A DNA stretch of 62,856 bases, counting the filler, from Choristocarpus tenellus KU-1152 (lineage: Eukaryota > Protista > Phaeophyceae): NCBI GenBank assembly GCA_964200185.2. It is 9 parts of 9 records of this genome, joined end to end, with 100 filler letters (N's around TTAATTAATTAA, not from the genome) between each part and the next. Parts side by side here need not be neighbours in the genome. Positions count along the whole stretch, not along the records: positions 13,301 to 15,968 come from CAXNAD020025802.1; positions 16,069 to 25,105 come from CAXNAD020004058.1; positions 25,206 to 28,059 come from CAXNAD020024180.1; 6 more parts are not named here. One strand, written 5' to 3'. The notes below the pieces were generated by a model, which searched no databases, was not told where the DNA came from, and saw nothing but the letters and a program-made list of their open reading frames with translations. The position numbers were made by a program, and so were the translations under genes. Shown one piece after another: positions 13,301 through 25,251 of this stretch. Numbering within the stretch: position 1 is the stretch's first letter; every line of letters starts with the position of its first letter.

Positions 13301-15600
13301 GTGCTCTCCTACTGTCTGATTTAGACCATCTATGGCTAGCATAAGCTATGACATGCTCTTGGTCATCATCCTGTACCTGGGTCAGTGTTGCTCCAGCCCC
13401 TTCCTCACTAGCATCTGTATGGAGAAGGAACATCTTATCCCAGTCAGGAAAGACTAGGATTGGTGGAGAGACCAGACGCACCTTAAGTTCTTCAAAGGCT
13501 TCTGCTCCTCTGGTCCCCAAGGAATACTCTTCTTCCTGTCTCTTTTGGAAGCATACTCTTTATTCCGGAGGATTTTAGTCAGAGGTGCAGCTACTTGGCC
13601 ATAGTTCGGAACAAACTGTCGCATGTATCCTGTCATGCCTACAAAACTTCTCAACTGCTCAACCGTAGATAGGGGATCAAGGTTTGCTACCGCTACCATT
13701 TTTGATGGAGCAAGACTCAAGCCGTCTCTACCTACCTTCATTCCTACAAATTCTTGTGAGGGCATGCACCACGAGGATTTGGGAAAGTTCACAGACAGGC
13801 TGTATTGCTTGAGTCTGGAAAGAAGGAGGCGAAGTTTGGTCATGTGTTCATCAAATGATGAGCTATAGCAAAAAAGATTGTCTAGCCAGTTTTCTACACC
13901 GTTTCCTTTGAGATCTCCTAAAATGCCTCTCTCATGTAGCTAGAGGATACTGCAGGTAGGATTTTCAACCCAAAGCCACACCTGTTGTATTCCCAAAGTT
14001 GTCCATGAGCGTCACGAAAGGCTGTCTTATGTTTGTCTACCTCTGCAATTTCTAGTTGAAAGAATCCTGATGCTAAATCTATGGCAGTAAAATAGCTAGA
14101 ACCCTTAAGCTTATCAAAGATGCTGGTGATGTTTCCGAGACCTCCACTATCACTTCGCGAGAGGTCATTAAGCATCCTATAGTCTGTGCACAACCTCAGG
14201 GTCCCATCTTTCTTACGTACTGCTACTACTGCTGCTGCCCATGCTGAGTTAGAGGGTCTGATAATACCACGTTCCTGTAACTGCTTAACCTCAGCTTGAA
14301 TCATCTGCGTTTCTTCAGGGGAAAAGCGCCTTTGTTTCGCTGCATAGGGTGTACAGTTCTCGTCTAATAGTGGTATATGTAGTACTCCTCTAGAGCATGG
14401 GGGAACTCGTTTGGGATCTTCAGGGGGAATACCCCTAAATTTCTAAATTCTTCCAACAATTCCACCAACTGTTTCTTCTGCCCTGGTGTCAGCTGTCCCA
14501 TATTGGCATCGCTGAGGCTCACCAATTGATGTCGGACTCCCCTGGGTTCCACCATTGTACACCTCTGGCCACTCCGACAGCATTCCCTAATTCCAGGTTA
14601 TACTCTGCTGAGGGTCCAATCATCACCAGCTGTCTGGACTGTGGTTGTGCCTCCTTGACAAATCCTTTGCAGACTTTGCTGGCAAACCCTTCTACATGTT
14701 CTTTCTTCTGACAGACGCAATTCCCATTGCAGAGTCCCATCATCTTCCCACGCTACCTCTACCGAAAGGGGTACTACACCTGGACTCTCCAATGGTTGGG
14801 TCAGGGGATCCTTGTCTTGGGCAAGATCTATCGTGGCAATACCTGCCTCTGGATCCATATCCTGGGTGCCTGCTTCTGGGCCTACAAAAAAAAAGTTGCA
14901 TGCTCCTTTTCTGGTGGTGTATGCTTACCAGTTAGAGTACTAGTGCTTCTTGGGAGTCTAGGGACTGTGTTAGGGGGGGGTTCTCTACATTCAGCAGATC
15001 TGGGCTTATTGGGAGGCAGTCTGTGGTACTTGGATGGTCGGGTTGTGGGAGTCATTGATGCTTGCCATTCTCCTAGGGCTGACAGGGGTGCATTGTTATC
15101 ACGAGGTCGGGGTGTCATAGCTCGAACAAAAGGTATCCATGGTGAATTTGGAGCTGGCCGAAAGTCTTCCCCCTCTCGAAATGACAGTATGCTCTTGTTC
15201 TGCCTACAGAATGCGGCTCCCAGAACCATCCCGTAATGTAAGCCTTCCACTACTCTAAATCTCACATTGTGGACTCTATCCTCTGGGGGAAACAATATTG
15301 GCAGTATGCAGAACCTGCATAGGTGGAATTCTGCATCCTTTCGGGTTTGCCGCATGCAACGTTCCCTTACCAGTTTGGTTAAGGTGTGGTAAGCCGGTGC
15401 TACCTCCCCAAAGAGTAGTACTGCGCCAGAAAGCAGACGAGATGTAGTTCCCACCTCCTGCACCTGTGTCAAGGAGTATCTGTACAGGCATTCTCGAGCG
15501 AACTTTGCGAGGGTGCCACAGCAGTGCAGATAGACATACTTGACTAGTTCGTTGGGCAGTTGACACAGTGGATATGTTCGAGGCAAGTGTGGGGGTCATG
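13301..15600 (-). mobile_element. Ty3/Gypsy LTR retrotransposon pol remnant (protease-RT-RNase H), frameshifted
   Basis: LLDTGAG (aspartic protease); IIRPSNSAWAAAVVAVRKKDGTLRLCTDYR, IDLASGFFQ, KTAFR, FGL (RT); LRSFVGMTGYMRQFVPNY; LHTDASEEGAGATL (RNase H). Catalytic YxDD reads WLDN. Confidence 0.92.
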
Positions 15601-15700
15601 CTTCCTATGGCTACAGTGCCTAAGTTCCATGGAGCTGAAGACTCCAGGGCGCACCTTCAGGGCAACTCGGTAACTTCAGAATCGGTCGAGCTGCTTGCAA

Positions 15701-15801
15701 ATAATAAATAAATAATGAAGAAGTACAAATAGATTAAATCTAGAGCTTCAATGTCATAATGGTGTTTATGAAACTGCCATCAAGACATATCGCTTGTGAC
15801 A
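15701..15801 (-). repeat. Partial LTR of the same family as the solo LTR at 17407-17703, directly upstream of the Gypsy pol
   Basis: ~100 nt near-identical to 17610-17703, ending at CGCTTGTGACA. Confidence 0.75.
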
Positions 15802-17406
15802 TTTCTCCTTCCTGGACCACCAATGAACACATCCTCCCCCGAACATCACAACGCCACTAGAAATAGAAAGTCTACTGTCCTTGCAGTTTGCATAATCAGC
15901 ATCTGGGACAAAGTATCTGGGGGGGGGGGGGAGCGGGTTGTGAGGGGGCGGCCTTTTCGGCCAAACAANNNNNNNNNNNNNNNNNNNNNNNNNNNNNNNN
16001 NNNNNNNNNNNNTTAATTAATTAANNNNNNNNNNNNNNNNNNNNNNNNNNNNNNNNNNNNNNNNNNNNTCCAGGAAGCTTTCCGCTTGCTTGCCGAGGCG
16101 CCCAAAAATTTCCACCGCAAAGGTGTTGAGGTTCTAACTACGAGGATCAAAGGAGCCCTCGTAGTGGGTATTGTTACTCCTCCAACAATTCATACGTGTA
16201 TTTATTGATGGCGTGTTGAGACTGAATGTGACGGGCGATTTCGTTGGTTCGAATCCTTTCGACTAAACATTTTTTAATCGCACAAATCCGGGATGATCTG
16301 ATTCAATGTAGCTAACACAATGGATTGCATACATGCTCTATCCTGTCTGTGACTATGCCACAAAAACGCTGGACTAAGATCGAAGCGTAAGACCTCGGGG
16401 TCGGTCCAGAATTTTGTTTATTCGAGCAAGGAGATTGAGTAAAGACCAGTGGGGGGAGTGCTGAACCCATCGTGCAAGAAAGATGATAGGAAAGGATGCA
16501 GTGCGATTAGATATAGTGCAGCAGTTGGTCAGTAGTAAGTATGAGGAGCAGTGCAGTGTGTAGTTTCTCTGACCACGGGTTGGCATCACCCCCCTAATAA
16601 TATGATACTACATAAATAATAGTGGAATTAAAGATGAAAAAATGTAACAGTTTTGTACTTAGTAGATGGTGTCTCGAAGGTTGTACTGAGGGGGCATATG
16701 GACACCATGCCTAACTGCCCCCCCCCTCTTCTCCCAGTCATGCCAAAGAGTACTCTGTGGCAATACAAACCACGACACAGTTCCATAAAACACCATTTTA
16801 GACTTTAGCCGAGTGGTACAATAGACCGAGATTTGATAGAAGATGATGCACAGCAGGACACACTTGCAATACAAGTAGAGTATTTCAAACAAAATCTAGG
16901 CAGACTTCCCATTGTCAAGACTGAAGCACAACTAAGTATTTACTTAGATTTACGAAGTCTGAGAAAGTTTGTTTTGCCTACCTTGAGGCGAAAAACTATA
17001 AATAAATAGTATTTTGGACACCTTAGTAATAACCCCGCAATTTGTTCAACCAAGCAAAAGCAAGATGGAGACTATACAGCAAATTCAGGAAATAATGTAA
17101 GAAGGACGGGATGTAGGGTCACTATGTCATACTGTACTACCTTGGAGGGGTTGCGGTTCAATATCAGCAAGGTTAGGAATACAATATCACAAGAAGATTG
17201 TCAATTGAATGAAGTATAGTCCTTTTAACTGTGCCTGACAAGTTACCAGTTGTATGCAGTTTTATGTACAGGGGTTTCAGCTAGGTCGCTCCATTCCCCC
17301 CAACACATGAACGACACTACTGCTACTTGCAGGTTTGGTTTGTAGGCCAATGGCTTGCTGGTCCGTTCCACTGCCAGGTTCAAAGAATGCATCATGCATG
17401 TGTATG

Positions 17407-17703
17407 TGTTACAGGCGCCCCCGAAAGCTTACCTCCACTGGATGTATAGCTCCAATCTACAGGCCTATAAATGATACTGATGTACGTATAGGACTCTTGA
17501 TGCACAAGTCAAGTATGCTGGATCTCTCTCTTGGATTATAATCAATATCGTCGTATAAAAAGGAAATGGTCTACGATGTCTTATCACAATCGTGGACCAT
17601 AATGACCAAATAATAAATAATCAAGAAGTACAAATATATCTAATCTAGAACTTCAATGTCATGGTGTTTATGAAACCGCCATCAAGACATATCGCCTGTG
17701 ACA
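17407..17703. mobile_element. Solo LTR (297 bp) with 4-bp TSD TATG
   Basis: TG...CA termini with inverted ends TGTTACAGGCG / CGCCTGTGACA; TATG at 17403-17406 and 17704-17707; homologous copy at 50092-50408. Confidence 0.82.
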
Positions 17704-18552
17704 TATGCTCTCAACATGTAAACCCATTCCTACTTCCAGTTGAGCAGGGTGGGGAGAAGCAGGGGCAGTGAACGACATGGGTTAGATAAGAAAGTATGTA
17801 AAAAAAAAGTAGAAAATGATGGCAGTAGAGTACCAATCAACATAATAACATAGATGAGTAACATACCTTCCCCCAACAAATGTAAAAAGGTTGCACCCAA
17901 ACTGCACTACTTGTTGCCTTTCACAAACCTGCACAGGAGTCTGTTTAAGGATATGATGCCCTATAAGTACCCTAATCTTCATCAGAGACACCTTCAATCG
18001 ACATAGTTCGCAAGACACATTGACTGTTGTTGTTACTGTGCTTGATGAGGTGCCATGCACAGCATCATCATCAGTGCCTACAGGAACACATACCAGTCTA
18101 GGGTGATAGGGCAGACGTTCAGCTCCTGGACTCTTAGATATACACAATGCTTGTGAAGAAGAGATAATGCTCTATGTGTGGTCAAGATGTTTGATAATCT
18201 AGAAAAGTTGCTCCAGATTGAGTGTGAAGCCATGGTAATTATCAGTCCTAACTAGGTTCACAGGGTAGGATCTACTGGTCGAACTCTCAAGGTTTACACA
18301 CTTAACCATTCCATACCCAGAGTCACCCCTCCATCATTACTGTCTGCACTTGTGTCTGTATCCCCAGCAGGATCAGGTGATATTTCATCTTTGTTTTCAC
18401 CAACTGTCTCTGTATGCATGACACTCACAAGTCCATTGTAATACTGTCCAGTTGCGCGCGACCGCGCGAAAGGGGGAGTTGTTCCAATTTGATGAGGCGT
18501 TCATTAACCCAACCAACATCCAACTTCGAGGCCTATACTTGTTTGACTTTTG

Positions 18553-19094
18553 ATGATGGTGGGAAGATACTCGTCGTCGGTTCTGCATCTTGTACGAGCT
18601 AGCCAGGTGGCTTCCAAAGCGGTGACCTGGGTGTTCCCTCTCGAACTGGAATTCAATCCTCCTACTGGCTGTACTTAACGTACATATTTTAAACTATGGT
18701 AGTACCCACTGAACAACTGTGAACTTCTGGTCTCATTATTAGTGGATGAGGTTAGCATATTCTGTCTACCTTCAATCTTTACTGCTTTGTTCCTAAGAGG
18801 ATATCACGATTTCGTTGGTCCGCTTTCTTGTTGCCCCTTCTTCCACAGCGGTGTCCAGCGAAGCCCGGCAAGTGCTTCCTTCGAGTGACAGCGAGGCCGC
18901 CCGTTCTCCCGCCGCCGCCACCTATGTCTAATAAGTGGCATTACGTGATCACTGCTTTGTTCCTTCCGGGTGCGGCATGGATCGCGGTCACGGACAAGGA
19001 CCCATGGGACGACTGGGATTTGGACGATACCGACGACGACGTGGAAGCGGCATCACCAGATGGAACAGCGAGAACTAAGAGGGATCAAGAATAG
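18553..19094 (+). CDS. Small two-exon single-pass membrane protein (~99-104 aa) with mitochondrial-presequence-like N-terminus and acidic C-terminus; EMRE-like
   Basis: Exon 1 18553-18606 (or -18621) MMVGRYSSSVLHLVRASQ with phase-0 GT donor; polypyrimidine + CAG acceptor at 18848; exon 2 18849-19094 RCPAKPGKCFLRVTARPPVLPPPPPMSNKWHYVITALFLPGAAWIAVTDKDPWDDWDLDDTDDD...QE*. Lies in a CpG-rich island in an otherwise CpG-poor sequence. Confidence 0.6.
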
Positions 19095-19587
19095 GGCATG
19101 GTCCTTGCAGCTTCTTTCCTCTACCCGCTTCCCTCACTTTACTCTTTTGGCTGGTTCTGTTCTTGCTGAATATAAGGAGAATATTGAAATGTGGAGGATA
19201 TCCAACCATGGCAATCCTAGTGATTTCAAGAACATGAGTGAAAAATCATCTGCAAAATTTGTGCTGTCCCACTCTCCATTTGACAAATGTGACGAAGGAT
19301 AGATAATTGTGATCAAAATCTTATTCCTATCATTAAGCAGTTTTCCTCGTGTGCCTTTTGTCACGTCTCTTGTCTACAGATATACAACTAACTGAATAGC
19401 ATTTTTTCGAAGGAAAGCTTTTTGTGCTGTAGTGTCACAAGGTGTGTGTGTGTGTGTCGAAGCATGCTTCCACTCTACCCCGTTGCTGCTTCCATCAGAG
19501 TTGTGTTTGTTCGATGTACGTGACAAGTTATTACTCATATCTTTGGAAAGTATCCCTGTGCCATACACAAGGTGTTCAAGGTTGTGA

Positions 19588-22500
19588 TTACGGAGGCACC
19601 ATCACTTCCAAAAGAAGTTCAGTTCTCTTCCTTGCTATCCCACATTCATCTTCGCCCTCCATGCCCAGAACAGCAATGTAAGTTTGAACAAACTGACGCC
19701 TTCGCTCCTTCAGCACCTCAACAGTGACACACTGCTTTAGTAGGGTACAGGATGGAGAATTCAAACACTCATATCCATACCCATCAAAACCTGTCCCTGC
19801 ACATTCGTGTTCAAGCACCTCCCTCGCCACACCCTTTCTCCCGCTACTAACAGCAATATTCAGCAAACGCTTGAACCTCTTGCGTTGCCCAAAATCTGGG
19901 CGCCAGCCCTCTTCCCCTGGCCCCATCACCTCATCATTGCAGTGGGGTAATGTTTGTGGCAGTCGTGGTGGTGGGAAAAAGTAGCATGCAAGATGATGGA
20001 TTGCCATGGTGTGCATACTTGTGGCATGGTGGAGTTTCCCACCCCATGCACCCACTAATGGCTCTACTGCCCTTCCATATTCCACGACTCTTGTGAAACC
20101 TTGGCTGGTGGAGCTGAATCTAGGGTGTTCAACAGCAGACAAGTAAGTGTCTATCATAGCTGTATCCAGGTCAGGGGGATAAAGGAATGGATCAGCCAAG
20201 GACATGATCTCCTGATCCTCGTGATCAGAAGGTGCTGCATCGTTGTCAAGGAGAGGGAGGAGTCCCACAGAGCCTAGTTCCTTCCATATAGTATGTCTGT
20301 CCAGGGCAGGTTGTCATCATGATGTGGTGGGTGGAGGGGCATTGGTATCAGAAGGTCTGCAGGCAGGAGTAGCTGAGCACTACTGGTAAGAAGATTGTAC
20401 CTAGGAAATTAAAACTAGATCTGGGTAAGGAAGGGGGGAAACACAACAAAACAGTAGTTGGGTCTTCAACGCAGACCAAATGTTAGTAATTCTTCCTGAA
20501 TACCCAGAGTATGTGGTACTATTCTCCAAGAATCTTTCTCACAACCCTAGTGAGCAAATGATGCAACTTGTGCATCTTTCTTCCCTATTCTAACCACGTA
20601 ACAGTTCAAATCATGCCTAGCTGGGTTAGAGGATGGCACCACATCCCATCCCAGTGACAGATGAGTTGGAAGGGGTTGACATTCTTATCTGCAACAATAA
20701 ATCACTAAATATGCACATGAAAATGACTGTGCTCAAGGAGGCAGTAAATGGTCATCTGGACTGCTTGGTACGAAAAATAATGCAGGGACAGCAAGTGGGG
20801 AAATGGAGCGATTGGGCTTACTAGCACTCTTCCCAGCCCATCCAAACTTAGTCCAAACATAAGTAGGCTTCCAATTCCATATTTTGAAATACCCGGGAGA
20901 TTGAGTATTGAAATGGAGTATCTGATCGCTTTGGTAAAGGGTTGCTAGAATCGCAACCACTCCAGAGTATCACAGGAACATACTTGCACTGGAGCTATAT
21001 TCAGGTTGGCCATTGATTGCCATAACATGAACCTAAGTTGTAACATATGTAAAGGAACAATGGAGTGACATAGGACCACTAAGATAGGAATGTGCATTGG
21101 GCGACTCCCATTTAGGAATAAACTGACGGAAAACTCTAGAAAAAATGGGCAAGGCAAGCAGACAGCAACCACAGACAACGCTTGAAAAGTACACACCTTG
21201 CTGCTATAGGGAAGCGTAATCTGGTGAAAGTGCGCAGCACACGGGCAAAGCCTGCTTGCCCAAAGGAGTCTGCCAAGAAATTGCTGGTTAGATCCTTCAC
21301 AAAATCTACAAGCAACTGCTCCTCCTTGCCATTGATATGCTTATCCTTGTTGTCTTCCCCTTTCTCCTCTGCTACCCCTCCATCCACCCTTGCCTGGGCA
21401 GCTGCCAATAGCTTTGCTGGATCCTGAGATGAAGTTGAAATATTCATCTGTGCCACGACCTTGGTGAGGGATACCTCAAGTTCACTTCCACATTGCTTGG
21501 TGTACCTATTGAGGAGGGTGGAGGTGTAACTGGTGTGAACTTCCACACTGGTTTGTTACGACTTCAGTACATGATGCTTAGGGTTCCTAACAAAAGCATT
21601 GAAACTCTGCTTACCCTCTCAACACTCTCACTATATTTGGGACAAGGTGCCTCCCAAGTCTTCCAACTCAAGGATTGTCTTTGGACAAGCATATCACAAT
21701 CAATCTTCATACTGGTAAACAAGTATAGGTCACTGAGCATCAGTCAGGGCAATAGAAACTATCCATGTGCCTGCTGAGTAGCCAGTCAAAGTCTCGTGCG
21801 GCACCCTCTTCAGCAAGAACGCCTGCTCCGTATAGGCACACATTGGCGACATGGTACAGTTTGACTGCAGGTGAAAGGTTGGAAGGAGACACATACGTGC
21901 TTCCTTCACGTTCAAGTCGGATCAGGGTTGCCAGGCATGAAGACACCACAAGAGAAGCAGCCTGCTCACCGCCCTGTGAGAGGAATGAGAGAGTTAGCCA
22001 TAAATAATATCCACCCACTTATTTGAGGCATCCTGCTTTGCAGAGCAAACGAATCATGCTCAAGTCCATTGATGCCAAATACCACACTCTTGGGCCCTTG
22101 CCCCGCCATATTTAGTCTACTAACAAAATTCTAACTCTTATGCCATTGCTCTCACTGGCTCAGAAGTACAGTGCAATGGACATTGGACAATCTAGGGGTT
22201 ATTAATCTTCACTGCTGAGGCACCAGCTTCCCACTTTCTCTATATCATCCGCATCACCAAATGACCATTGTCTTCTATGCATCATCTGCCTCCATCTTTT
22301 TTTTGGCAGTGTATGTGAACGTATTCAGGTCTAGCCCTGTGCTCCTTGTTGGAAAATTTCATGCAAAATCCAAAAAAGTTCAGAGTGCATCAAGGAGTTC
22401 TCTGCCCAGTCATACTGCATGCATACCGTTGGAGCCACAGATTATACTATCCCTTCTACATGATCTAATTCAGATGATTAGGCTTTAGAATTCCTATCAA

Positions 22501-25105
22501 AAACTGGTGTCATGACCCACAACAGAGTGTCACAGTGTAGTTAATAATAATTTAATTTTCAACATAAGGTGAGTCAATATGCAACTACCATCTACTGTAT
22601 TTCCTGGGAAGCTTAACTCAGAGACTGAACAAATTCAACAATGGGTCCAGGGTGAACATAACCATCCACCCTACTCAACTGTGCCACATCAAATAATGCA
22701 GAAGGGATAGTACTGTGCTTACATGTTTAATCATCCAATATGAGTAGGAAATGGCTGAGGCTGGTAGAAAAAAGGGGTGAAAAAATTGAAAAAAGACTTG
22801 TGAAGGTGTCATTCACATGGTCATGCACACTGTAATACACTACTGGTATCTATCTCAGCAAGTGTGGCATTCACCAGATTTTGGATTGGGTGTGCTACAA
22901 TGAGGTGGAGTCCACAAATGAGTCTCTACTTGCATAGGATAGCAAAAGCACTCTCACAGTTCTACCTCAATTCCATTATTGTTGCAATTGGTAGTAACAG
23001 GACTAGGACGCCATGTTACTATCATTATGATTAGTACTTTGAAGTAATAGTTGTCATCCCGTTGGTCTGAGGTGTCCAGGACCAAGTGGTCAAAAGGTAG
23101 TCAGACAAAGGCACTACATACTGCATGAGAAAAACAACTATATGCATGTAGAATAAAAAAAGAAGAAATGCACTGAAAAGAAGAAATAAAAAATACTGGT
23201 GTATCTACACCACTAAAAGGTGTAGAACATGCCAAGAATTAGAGTGGACTTTGAGGTACTCAGAGCAACCCCTCTCATATTATGCCAGTAACACTGTATG
23301 TTAGAACAGAAGCTAGAAAATAGTTTGAATCCTTCTAACCATACGGCTAGAAAGTACTTTTGATGTCAGTCGAGGGACACTAGAAAATAGTTCTACATAC
23401 ACAGGATGGGGGAGAAGCAGGTGGGGGGTGGCTGGCTGTGGACATAAGGGGCTTGCCTGGCTCGCCAGGGGCAACATGAGCCAATGAGACGGGAAGGGGA
23501 GCAGAGAGGCGGCTCCAGCTGGTGGTGATGCCCGCAGAGTTTGTAAGGCCTCCCAACGTCCCTCCAGTAGATCCCTTGAGTGGGATAGGGCAGTAGCATC
23601 ACAGAGGGCGTTGCAAAACACCTGCCAGGAATGAGGCAAAATAGCAATCCCCCGAAATGAACATGGAATACAGAATACTACTATGTTCAGTTTTGTAGGG
23701 CCACACAATATTGGTTGAAGTGGCATGCTCTAGAATAACTCTTCTACAGAAATAGGGACAACAGCATTGTAGTTCTACAGGGAGGATGGGAAATAATCGA
23801 AGGACAATTCTTATACACCTTCTAACATTCACACTACTAAACTTGGAAATTGGACTCGATCTGGGTCATATACCCAAACCTCACCTTACTGAAAGACATG
23901 ATAGTTCTCTGCTCTGAATTGTATGTCATTATGGTTATCTGCACAAAATCAAAAATCAATGGAGGTGGAGTGCAAGGGATTCCATTGCTCCCATCACTGG
24001 GGCCATCATCAAACAGGCAGAAATTACTCAGGCTACTCTATCTTAGCTCCCGCACCCCACACCCCACCTTCCGCAGCAGTGCCAAGCCAACTGGTACACC
24101 CCCCTTGCTCTGGTCTTTAGTACAATAGCCGAGGTCAGATAGACCAAGAGTAATGAGTGATCTCACAGCAGCTTCGTCTCCACGGCCACAGAGTGCCACA
24201 GACTAAGAGAAGACAACAAGAGAGACAGGGAGGGGTTAGAGCACAAACTTGGCATAAGCAGATTTAGGCGGTGGGAGGGATTGCAGGGTAAAGGGGAGGG
24301 CCAATGTAAGGAGCAACCAGTGAGTGGCGGGACTTTGGCTGGTTTATGTGAAGTATGTACAGAAAAGAAACGGAAAAATCAAGTGGATAGGGAGGGTGCC
24401 ACTAGGCAGAAGCTGCGCTTGCCTTCACAGATTAACCCCTCCAAAGCAGGCTCTAGCAAATGTCAAAATGGTCTTTTGAGTACCTGTTACACACACCATG
24501 ACCACAGCCAATCACCGAGACCAAAATATAAACCATCCTGCAAAACAATTCTATGTGCAGATGGTACTCTTGTACCTGCAAAGCATTGTCCTGGTGTTGC
24601 AGAACTGTGTATCCCTCACTGCCCACACCCCCATTCCCATCAGCCTCAACAAGCCTGCCAAGCTGGCATCCTAGCCACCGTGTTAGCCCTAGTGCTCGGT
24701 CCAAGACTCCCCAGTATGCTACAACTTCATCCTCACAGAGAGCAGATTCCTCTACTTTCTCCTTCATGTGCTCTGTTGTGTAACCAGTACTCTTTGAGCG
24801 GTCACCTTGGACAGTTCCTCCCCTGAGCAACCGGGCTGACTGTCCTACAGTATCCCATGAGAATATCATTCCAGGGGAGCATTTCTTCAGAACTGACGCT
24901 GCTTCTCCTGGAAAACTTGACTCACAAGCCAATGCCAGGCGGAAAACCCCACTTAGCCAGTCCAATGCCACCATTTGGACTGCATCCCACCCACCCCTGC
25001 CCCCAGTCCCCTGCCCTGTACTTGCTTGGGCCTGGACCCTATCCGTTGTTGGAATAATTTCAGCAGAAGCCAAGGCAGCAGGCAAAAGGGGGGAGGCCAA
25101 CAGGG
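19588..25105 (-). CDS. RPAP1: RNA polymerase II-associated protein 1 (RPAP1/MINIYO) C-terminal part; exons 24576-25105, 24068-24202, 23457-23621, 21771-21973, 21197-21505, 19588-20296
   Basis: Phase-consistent exon chain with RPAP1 C-terminal signatures LPFPSHWLMLPL, FVKDLTSNFLADSFGQAGFARVL...RFPIAARHTIWKEL and AIHHLACYFF. Two junctions need GC donors. Confidence 0.75.
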
Positions 25106-25251
25106 NNNNNNNNNNNNNNNNNNNNNNNNNNNNNNNNNNNNNNNNNNNNTTAATTAATTAANNNNNNNNNNNNNNNNNNNNNNNNNNNNNNNNNNNNNNN
25201 NNNNNCCACCCCCAACACCCTCGTGTGCCTCCCTTTCATCCCTATTATGTA

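Noticed and set aside
16205-16265. GGTTCGAATCC T-loop/B-box motif suggesting a tRNA
   Set aside because: No T-stem, acceptor stem or anticodon arm can be folded; at most a SINE-like relic.
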